From positions 2,621 through 66,620 of the forward strand of contig CAJQLX010000006.1 of the NCBI GenBank assembly GCA_905479265.1: 64,000 bases of DNA, written 5' to 3'. Source of the stretch: an uncultured Alphaproteobacteria bacterium (GTDB lineage: Bacteria > Pseudomonadota > Alphaproteobacteria > UBA7985). Position numbers and translations under genes: made by a program. Every line of letters starts with the position of its first letter. The first letter of the stretch is position 1. The notes below the pieces were generated by a model. That model made no database searches. It saw only the letters and a list, made by a program, of their open reading frames with translations, and was not told the origin of the DNA. Below, piece by piece: positions 56,938-64,000 of the stretch.

Positions 56938-58242
56938 TTAGACGGCACCGGGGTTGTTGGGGTGTGTGGTCCAATCGGCAAATTCTGCTTCGACAGGAAG
57001 CCCGGTCCGCTCATCGATCACGCCAACATCCAAGCGTTCCATCGTGATGCACTGGTCAACAGGACAGACGTTAATGCAGAGGTTACACGCCACACACTCA
57101 TCGTCCTTGACGGTGAAGACCCGCTTGCCGGTCTCATCAACGTCCATCGCAATCGCTTGGTGACTGGTGTCCTCACAGCTTGCGAAACAGCGGCCACAGC
57201 CGATGCATGAGTCTTGGTTGATGCGGGCTTTGGTGATGTAATTGAGGTTGAGGTTCTTCCAGTCCGACAGGTTTGGAACGGCCCGGCCCACAATCTCTGA
57301 AGTATCGGTCATACCCTTCTGATCCATCCACAGCGACAGGCCAGAAATCATCTCTTGCACGATATGGAAGCCGTAGGTCATCGCAGCAGTACAAACCTGC
57401 ACGTTTCCTGCGCCCAAGGTCATAAACTCAGCCGCATCTCGCCACGTCGATACACCACCAATGCCCGAAATCGGCAAGCCGGCGAGTTCCGGCGTTCGTG
57501 CGATCTCCGCGACCATGTTCATGGCAATCGGCTTCACCGCTGGACCGCAGTATCCGCCGTGGGCTCCACGCCCATCGATCATAGGCTCTGGCGAGAACTC
57601 GTCCAGATTGACCGAGGTGATGGAGTTGATGGTGTTGATCAAAGACACAGCATCCGCACCACCCTTCATCGCGGCCCTTGCGGGCTGTTTGATGTCGGTG
57701 ATGTTGGGTGTCAGTTTCACGATCACGGGCAGTTTGGAGTATTCCTTACACCACGCTGTGACCATCTCGACATATTCCGGCACTTGCCCAACCGCAGAGC
57801 CCATGCCTCGCTCAGACATGCCGTGTGGACAGCCAAAGTTCAGCTCCAGCCCATCCGCGCCCGTGTCCTCGACCTGCGGCAGGATTTCCCGCCACGCGTC
57901 TTCTTCACAAGGAACCATCAGCGACACGACCATCGCGTGCGCCGGGTAATCACGTTTCACACGGGCAATTTCATCGAGGTTGGTTTTCAGCGGACGGTCC
58001 GTGATCAACTCAATGTTGTTCAAGCCCATCAACCGACGATCCGCGCTCCAGATCGCGCCATAACGCGGGCCGTTTACGTTTACAATCGCCGGGTCAATAC
58101 CAAGCGTTTTCCAAACGACACCGCCCCAGCCTGCGTCAAAAGCACGGCGAACGTTGTATTCCTTGTCCGTGGGGGGCGCGGACGCCAACCAGAACGGGTT
58201 TGGAGATTCGATCCCAACGAAGTTTGATTTCAGATCGGCCAT
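56938..58242 (-). CDS. preA: NAD-dependent dihydropyrimidine dehydrogenase subunit PreA (DHOD-like barrel + two 4Fe-4S motifs)
   Basis: 434 aa; FMN-barrel region and C-terminal CIGCGRC / CVACNLC ferredoxin motifs. Confidence 0.9.
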   Translation of the reverse strand: MADLKSNFVGIESPNPFWLASAPPTDKEYNVRRAFDAGWGGVVWKTLGIDPAIVNVNGPRYGAIWSADRRLMGLNNIELITDRPLKTNLDEIARVKRDYPAHAMVVSLMVPCEEDAWREILPQVEDTGADGLELNFGCPHGMSERGMGSAVGQVPEYVEMVTAWCKEYSKLPVIVKLTPNITDIKQPARAAMKGGADAVSLINTINSITSVNLDEFSPEPMIDGRGAHGGYCGPAVKPIAMNMVAEIARTPELAGLPISGIGGVSTWRDAAEFMTLGAGNVQVCTAAMTYGFHIVQEMISGLSLWMDQKGMTDTSEIVGRAVPNLSDWKNLNLNYITKARINQDSCIGCGRCFASCEDTSHQAIAMDVDETGKRVFTVKDDECVACNLCINVCPVDQCITMERLDVGVIDERTGLPVEAEFADWTTHPNNPGAV

Positions 58243-58244
58243 GA

Positions 58245-59574
58245 TTAGGCTCCTTCCATCAGGCTGGTGTGAATGTCTTCAGCAGCATCGCGGCCTTGGG
58301 CCACGGCTGTCACGGTCAAGTCATCGCCGCCCGTCGCGCAATCGCCACCGGCCCAAACGCCGGCCATTGATGTCCGACCCAGATCGTCAATCGCAATCTT
58401 GCCGCGGACGAGTTTCAGCGCAGTAACTTGGTCTTCGGTGAGTGTTTGTCCGATCGCTGTGAGCACCTGATCGGCAGGTAAAACAAACGTTTCACTGCTC
58501 ACGTGCAGACCATCGTCGCCACTGACGGTGTAGGCGAACTCGACACCGCCGCCCTTTATGCCCAGCGGCGCGGCATTGGTAATGATCCGAACGCCCGATG
58601 CCGCAGCATGGTTCTGCTCATGCTCCGAGGCTGCCATTTTACCCTGCTCGCGGCGATAGACGATCGTAACGTCTTCGGCACCAAGCAGTTTGGACTGAAC
58701 CGCGGCATCAACCGCCGTCATGCCGCCGCCAATCACCACGACACGGCGGCCAACGGCAATCTTGCCGAGGTCGTCGGCTTGGCGCAGATCCTCAATGAAA
58801 TCAACCGCCGGCAGCACGCTCTCACCCTCAAACCCGAGCGCGTTAACGCCGCCCAGTCCGATCGAGAGAAATACCGCGTCAAACTCGGACTGCAGGCCAT
58901 CCAGTGACACGTTTGAGCCTAAGGCCTTGCCGTTCTCTACGGTGATGCCGCCGATACCCAGCAACCAGTCGAATTCTTCCTGCGCAAAACCATCAACCGT
59001 CTTGTATGCGGCGATACCATATTCGTTCAGGCCGCCAGACTTGGGGCGCGATTCGTAAAGTGTGACGGCATGCCCGTGCTTGGCGAGCCGGTGCGCGGCT
59101 GCGAGCCCTGCGGGACCAGCACCAACAACGGCAACAGATTTCCCAGTCGATGCAGCCCTTCTATAGGGGTGCTCCGGGCGCTCCATGAGCTTGTCGGTCG
59201 CAAATCGCTGCAGCGCACCGATCTCGACCGGCTTCTGCTCGGCCAGTTCCCGGACGCAGGCCTCTTCACACAAGGTTTCGGTCGGGCAGACCCGGGCGCA
59301 CATGCCGCCCAGAATGTTGCTGTCAAAGATCGTCATGGCCGCAGCTTCGGGCGTTCCCGTTGCGATTTGACGAATAAACAGGGGAATATCAATGCTGGTG
59401 GGACACGCCTGAATACAAGGCGCATCGTAACAGAAGTAGCACCGGTCAGCGGCCACTTGAGCTTCGTGCAAATCAAGTGGCGGGTGGACGTCGCAAAAGT
59501 TATCGCTCAACGTCTCTTCATCGAGACGCCCAGCGCTGATGCCGTCCTGATAGATGGGGGGCAGTTCAGTCATG
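58245..59574 (-). CDS. preT: NAD-dependent dihydropyrimidine dehydrogenase subunit PreT (glutamate-synthase small-subunit-like, FAD/NAD binding)
   Basis: GltD-like: N-terminal Cys cluster (CYFCYDAPCIQACPT), dinucleotide motifs VAVVGAGPAGL and VVVIGGG, C-terminal GGDCATG. Start taken at MTELPP (alternative 59615). Confidence 0.85.
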
Positions 59575-59848
59575 GAACATAGCACTTTGTTGCCTAAAAA
59601 AAGCAACGCTGACATGCCAAACGCAATTAGGCAAGTCCAAGAGTGTCACTGCAGCACGCGACGCCCAATAAGAAAGCGCCGCGCCATTTAATCAGGCAAA
59701 GTATACTTAGTGCAGCCCAGATTTTTATATTTAGGCCATCGCCAGCCTGACTAAACCAGGTTCCAGATCGTCTGGTCAGGCCGAAACAACCCATCCTGCG
59801 TAAGGCTCAGAATGGGAAAACGGTAATTGAGCCCACGTTCCGTAAAAG

Positions 59849-60874
59849 CTAGCGAGCGCCTCGGTTGTAACCAACAATATCGACGAGCTCTGAGGCGCGG
59901 GCGCGCAGGTCACCAATGGCGTTGAGGTCGCGCTTATCCGGGTTAAAGGTGCCAAAACTTGCCACCACGTCGGATACGCGGGCGCCTTCGAGAACAGGAT
60001 ATTCAAACACTTGCTCAGCGTAGATTGCCTGCGCCTCCGCCGTGGTTAAAAACTCCATCAAGGCCAGGGCTTCGGCGTGGTTTGGCGCGTGCTTTGCCAT
60101 GGCCATACCGGATACATTCACGTGGCTGCCGCGCCCTTCGTTGTTCGGGAACAAAACCTTAAGGGACGCGCGCCATTCTTTTTGCTCCGGCTCTTTCTCG
60201 TTGGTTTCCATCAGCCCGACATAATAGGTGTTGCCGATGCCCAGATCGCACTCGCCCGAATAGATGCCTTTTGCTTGTGCGCGGTCGTTGCCCTCAGGCT
60301 TGCGGGCCAAGTTGTCGCGCAGACCTTCGAGCCATGCCGTTGCGCCCTCTTCACCCAATTCGTCGATCATTGAGGCGAACAAGGCGATATTGTAACCGTG
60401 CTGTCCTGAACGCGTACAAATCCGGCCCTTCCACTTTGGATCGGCCAGTTCTTCATAGGTGATAACGTCAACATCAACACGATCCTTGGCGGCGTAAACC
60501 ACCCGTCCTCGCTTGGTTAAACCAAACCATTGGTTTTCATTGTCGCGGAAACCCGCTGGGATGTTGGCGGTGATAACGTCCGATACAACAGGTTGCGTCA
60601 CGCCTTCATCAACGAAGCTAATCAGACCACCGATATCCGTCGTCAGCATAACATCAGCCGGCGAACCCCGGCCCTCGGCGACCACACGGTCAACCAAGCC
60701 CTTCTTCAAAAACAAAACCTCTGTGTCGATGCCTGTCTTTGCCGTAAAGGCGTCCAACACCGGCTCAATCAAATCAATCTGGCGTGTGGAATAGATGTTT
60801 ACGCTCTGCGCTTGCGCGCTCAAGGCAAGACCAAGGACGGCCCCGGCTACAAGGCTACTTAAAACGAATTTCAT
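59849..60874 (-). CDS. Fe(3+) ABC transporter substrate-binding protein (FbpA/AfuA/FutA family)
   Basis: Signal MKFVLSSLVAGAVLGLALSAQA; mature region collinear with the iron(III)-binding protein family (VNIYSTR...DV.L..D). Confidence 0.8.
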   Translation of the reverse strand: MKFVLSSLVAGAVLGLALSAQAQSVNIYSTRQIDLIEPVLDAFTAKTGIDTEVLFLKKGLVDRVVAEGRGSPADVMLTTDIGGLISFVDEGVTQPVVSDVITANIPAGFRDNENQWFGLTKRGRVVYAAKDRVDVDVITYEELADPKWKGRICTRSGQHGYNIALFASMIDELGEEGATAWLEGLRDNLARKPEGNDRAQAKGIYSGECDLGIGNTYYVGLMETNEKEPEQKEWRASLKVLFPNNEGRGSHVNVSGMAMAKHAPNHAEALALMEFLTTAEAQAIYAEQVFEYPVLEGARVSDVVASFGTFNPDKRDLNAIGDLRARASELVDIVGYNRGAR

Positions 60875-60937
60875 AATTCCTGGTTCCATTAGGTTTTGGT
60901 GTGGTGTGATCGAGTACTAAAACCAGACTTCGCTCAT

Positions 60938-60952
60938 CGTCAATCATTATCG
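60938..60952. promoter_or_regulatory. Fur-box-like motif in an AT-rich promoter region upstream of the Fe3+ binding-protein gene
   Basis: tcAATCATTATCg matches the 3' 10 nt of the classical Fur consensus GATAATGATAATCATTATC; it lies about 65 bp upstream of the start codon. Confidence 0.3.
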
Positions 60953-61153
60953 TACCGTTTTGGTCCTCTATCATGCAGGTTCGAGGTCAATACCGTGCTT
61001 TACCAGTTCTGAAATTTTTCTTAACACTATAGAAAAACTCCGTAAACATCTGTTTAGAAACGTTTCTTTTACATTTATACATTCCCAAAAAATAATCTGT
61101 TTCAGTTGTAAAAAACAGGACCAAAACAGTACACTTATTTAGTATTGCTCGGC

Positions 61154-61747
61154 TTAATCCTCTAACTGTGCGAGAATCAAGACGAAGGGATCAACGCTTC
61201 CCGATAACCCCTTTTCCGCGCCTTCTTTCACGTGGAGAATCTCAAAACCACGGTCAATCAGCATGAGTTCAAACTCGCTGCGGGAGAAATAAAGGTAGTG
61301 ACGCCCCATGCCATCTCGTGATGCACCTTGTCCCGTTTTCATGCCGAGATGAAAGGTTCCGCCGGGCTTCAGCGCTTTTTGGATGGCGTCGAGATGGCTT
61401 GGAAGCTCCGCCGGATCAGCGTGCAGCAACGCAAAGTTTGCCCAGATGCCGTCAAAGGTGTCTGTCTGGTCCAACCAATCAAAACCCGCATGGACCGCCG
61501 TAACCTTTGGGATCTTTTGCACCAGAGAGATCATGCCCTCCGAGGCGTCTAGCGCGGTTACGTCCAACCCGGCGACGGCCATGTTTCGCGCAGCCTCGCC
61601 CGGTCCGCATCCAAAATCTAAAACGCGTCCATGCGGGGCGACGGCGTTTATGAACCGCAGAAGCGACGCTGTAGGCGTCAAGGTGTGAGTCAGTTTTGCG
61701 TAGTCCTGATACTTGGCGTCGTAGACGGCGATGGTTTCGCGATCCAT
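61154..61747 (-). CDS. Class I SAM-dependent methyltransferase
   Basis: Motif I VLDFGCGPG and post-I acidic residue; start chosen at MDRETIAVYD. Confidence 0.7.
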   Translation of the reverse strand: MDRETIAVYDAKYQDYAKLTHTLTPTASLLRFINAVAPHGRVLDFGCGPGEAARNMAVAGLDVTALDASEGMISLVQKIPKVTAVHAGFDWLDQTDTFDGIWANFALLHADPAELPSHLDAIQKALKPGGTFHLGMKTGQGASRDGMGRHYLYFSRSEFELMLIDRGFEILHVKEGAEKGLSGSVDPFVLILAQLED

Positions 61748-61886
61748 GTTTGTGGTTCCTCCCTCAATCAACCTTAGCGTAACGCAAGATCGCACAATTC
61801 AAAACATCGGGTGAAAACGGGCTTGCTCCAACAATCCTTCCTGCGCCAGTGTGAGGCACCTCATCCTTTGGCTACAGGCAGAACCC

Positions 61887-62666
61887 ATGTCGCTTGAAAC
61901 AATCGTCGACCTTCAACGCCACCCGCTCAGCGATGGCAGTTTCCGCGCAGCGTCCAAGCAGGCGCTAGACCAGAATGGGGTTTTGGCTTTGAGTGGATTC
62001 TTGCAACCGGCAACACTGGCGGCTTTAGTCGCAGAAGCGAAGCGCAATGAAGATCAGGCGTTTTTCGCGAGCTCCACGCACAATGTCTATCTGACGCCGC
62101 CCGATCAACGCCTTGCCAGCGACCATGTCTTCAACCGTCAAGTCATCTCGACCAAGGGCTGTATTTGCGATGATCAGGTCGAAGAACTTTCGCCGCTGCG
62201 GCAGCTTTATAATGCCCCCGCGTTTCAGGCGTTTCTTTGCGCGGTTTTGGGCGAAGTTGCTCTCCACCCCTACGCTGACCCACTCAGCAGCATCAACATT
62301 CACTACGCCCCGGCGGGCAAAGAACTGGGTTGGCATTTCGATAATTCAGAATTCGCCATTACCCTTCTGCTGCAAAAGCCCACCGGCGGCGGCGCCTATG
62401 AATACATCAAAGATCTACGGGATGCGGAACAGGGTGAAATGAACTTCGCGGGCGTGGAGGCTGCGCTTGATGGCCGGTTAGAGCCAGTTGGCTTGGACAT
62501 TCAGCCCGGTACGCTTGTTCTCTTCCGTGGCCGCAATGCCCTGCACCGTGTCACGCCAACCCAGGGCGATATCACCCGCTATTTGGTCGTTCTGGCTTAC
62601 AACGGTGAACCGGGAGTTGAGTTGTCCGAAAGTGCGCGTCAGACGTTCTATGGTCGTGTGCGCTAA
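61887..62666 (+). CDS. Putative Fe(II)/2-oxoglutarate-dependent oxygenase-like protein
   Basis: HxD...H arrangement (HFDNSE ... ALHRVTP) with predicted jelly-roll strands; weak assignment. Start at MSLETIVDL. Confidence 0.4.
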   Translation: MSLETIVDLQRHPLSDGSFRAASKQALDQNGVLALSGFLQPATLAALVAEAKRNEDQAFFASSTHNVYLTPPDQRLASDHVFNRQVISTKGCICDDQVEELSPLRQLYNAPAFQAFLCAVLGEVALHPYADPLSSINIHYAPAGKELGWHFDNSEFAITLLLQKPTGGGAYEYIKDLRDAEQGEMNFAGVEAALDGRLEPVGLDIQPGTLVLFRGRNALHRVTPTQGDITRYLVVLAYNGEPGVELSESARQTFYGRVR

Positions 62667-63970
62667 GACAGCGCTTGAAGGCTGAGAAAAGCCGCGCAAA
62701 TCACGACGATATTGACGAGCGAAAACGGCAAGTTCAGCCGCCACGCGATGCGGAAGTTTGAAATCTCTGTCATTCGACTCATCAGGATCGACGATGCCGA
62801 AACCGGCGAAGCGTTGGTTCCCGTCCCCCACAACGCCATCATCATCACCGCAAACTGCCACGCCTCCAACCCCAGGTCAGCTGGCACAAACAACGTGGTG
62901 AGCAGGATAACAGAAACCAGCGGGTGCATTCCCAAAACACAAATGAGGAAGAAACCAAGAATACAAGCGACCAACACCGCAGGCTCGGGCCAATTCAGCA
63001 GCGCACTCAGGCTCTGTCCCGTCTCCCCCAAGCGCTGCGCCAACACGATCTGAATGCCGATCGCAAAGACATTCGCCGCTGCGAAAAGCAGCGCTTCACC
63101 CCGTAGGTTGGGGTACTGTTGAAAGACTTGCGCGATGCTCTTCAGCGGTCCATGCGCCAAAGCGCCTACCTCGCGCCGGATCATCAATGCCCATGCTAAG
63201 CCAAAAACAGGCGCCGTCAGCGCCAAAGCCACGGGAATGCTGAGGCCGAAACCGCCTACGGCCACCGCCAACCCTGAAAACAAGGCAAAAATGATCAGCG
63301 CGGCACGAACAACGGTTTGCCGATAGCCCAAGCGCAACGCCAGCGGCTCACGGGCGAGCAGCAGCGCTCGCGCCTTGCCCGCGCTGGGGTCCAAACGGCG
63401 ATATACGCCGTCAAACAGCCATTGCGCAGTGACCAGCATCCCCCCAAGGATAAAACCGCCCAAGCCGACGTCGGTCCAGCGGACGCCCTCAACACTGGCC
63501 AGAATGACCGCCGTTCCGACAAACAAAGGCGACCACGACGTTGCCAGCATAAACCCCTTCGATACCGCCTGCAGAAGGCGTTCGCGCAAGGGCTGGGGCG
63601 TGGCAGGGTCAACCAGCGGCGCCATCAAACCAAAAGCGGCAATATTAAAGGCCGATCCGAGAACGTAGGCCACTGACATGATGGACACCGAGCGTGAACC
63701 GCTTGGCATCCGCATGACTCTTTCGCGGAGTTCCAGCAAAGACGGGCTTTGGGTGGCTTGCACCTGTAACCAAACAATCGAGGCAAACAGCAGCAAGTAC
63801 TGAAGGTTCCGGGCCAATCCCTCGTAAAGCACCTGAACCGCGCCAAGGCCTAAGCCCTGCACCGACACAATCGCGATCAGCCCAAAAACAAACAACGCCG
63901 CTGACGTCCAAATCTGCAGTCGCTTGATGGACCGCAGTTCTAGCGCCAAAAACACCAGCATGGCGGTCAC
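62663..63970 (-). CDS. Polytopic membrane protein (unknown family); may extend beyond the right edge
   Basis: At least 10 hydrophobic helices; the ORF-track start at 63970 is a GTG with no in-frame stop before position 64000, so the N-terminus may lie outside the window. Confidence 0.5.
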   Translation of the reverse strand: MTAMLVFLALELRSIKRLQIWTSAALFVFGLIAIVSVQGLGLGAVQVLYEGLARNLQYLLLFASIVWLQVQATQSPSLLELRERVMRMPSGSRSVSIMSVAYVLGSAFNIAAFGLMAPLVDPATPQPLRERLLQAVSKGFMLATSWSPLFVGTAVILASVEGVRWTDVGLGGFILGGMLVTAQWLFDGVYRRLDPSAGKARALLLAREPLALRLGYRQTVVRAALIIFALFSGLAVAVGGFGLSIPVALALTAPVFGLAWALMIRREVGALAHGPLKSIAQVFQQYPNLRGEALLFAAANVFAIGIQIVLAQRLGETGQSLSALLNWPEPAVLVACILGFFLICVLGMHPLVSVILLTTLFVPADLGLEAWQFAVMMMALWGTGTNASPVSASSILMSRMTEISNFRIAWRLNLPFSLVNIVVICAAFLSLQALS

Positions 63971-64000
63971 ACCAAAGGCCGTTGCACTCTGTTTGACCCA

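Noticed and set aside
59574-59615. Longer N-terminal extension of PreT (start at 59615, MSALLFLGNKVLCS)
   Set aside because: The extension is hydrophobic and not typical of GltD-like PreT proteins; the start at 59574 (MTELPPIYQD) fits the family better. Neither start has a clear RBS, so this remains uncertain.
1-64000. Searched for CRISPR arrays, IS elements, transposases, integrases, phage or conjugation genes and toxin-antitoxin pairs
   Set aside because: No direct-repeat/spacer arrays, no DDE-transposase- or tyrosine-recombinase-like translations, and no obvious TA-sized gene pairs. The window reads as core chromosome with small accessory islands.

Overview
High-GC (~60%) chromosomal segment, most likely from an alphaproteobacterium, with Rhodobacteraceae-like gene content. 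It is densely coding, with about 60 protein genes and one tRNA. I found no transposases, integrases, phage genes or CRISPR arrays.

Genes I recognise with confidence:
- Partial indolepyruvate:ferredoxin oxidoreductase-family gene running off the left edge.
- deoD.
- A penicillin-acylase-family Ntn hydrolase.
- A fused sat/cysC PAPS synthase, together with cysQ and a sulfotransferase-like gene.
- tRNA-Arg(TCT).
- gcrA.
- An MsbA-like ABC exporter.
- A class-III aminotransferase.
- A long-form GAPDH.
- A thiolase.
- A SulP/STAS anion transporter followed by a tandem Usp, two Lin0512-family paralogs and a rhodanese.
- A complete reductive pyrimidine catabolism cluster (preT, preA, beta-ureidopropionase-like amidohydrolase, dihydropyrimidinase) with a NitT/TauT-type ABC importer.
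- An FbpA-like Fe3+ binding protein.

The most interesting region is a divergent pair. A FIST-domain protein and a PAS / HisKA / HATPase / REC / Hpt hybrid histidine kinase sit on the minus strand. Opposite them is a sigma-54-dependent response regulator with very high similarity to Vibrio LuxO. The shared intergenic region has a correctly spaced -24/-12 sigma-54 motif pointing at the FIST operon. This looks like a LuxN/Q-LuxU-LuxO-like phosphorelay with an unknown signal and unknown targets.

Other points worth follow-up:
- A translationally coupled operon of M19 dipeptidase, an unrecognised 560-aa protein, an unrecognised 137-aa protein and an Ldh_2 oxidoreductase. It is flanked by a DegT-family aminotransferase and a GlnA-like ligase.
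- Two tandem paralogous small secreted Cys-pair coiled-coil proteins separated by an AT-rich spacer.
- A GANTC-rich palindrome upstream of gcrA.
- An AT-rich, inverted-repeat-bounded region upstream of the Fe3+ binding-protein gene that contains a Fur-box-like motif.

All calls come from reading the translations and motifs by eye. No database searches were run.
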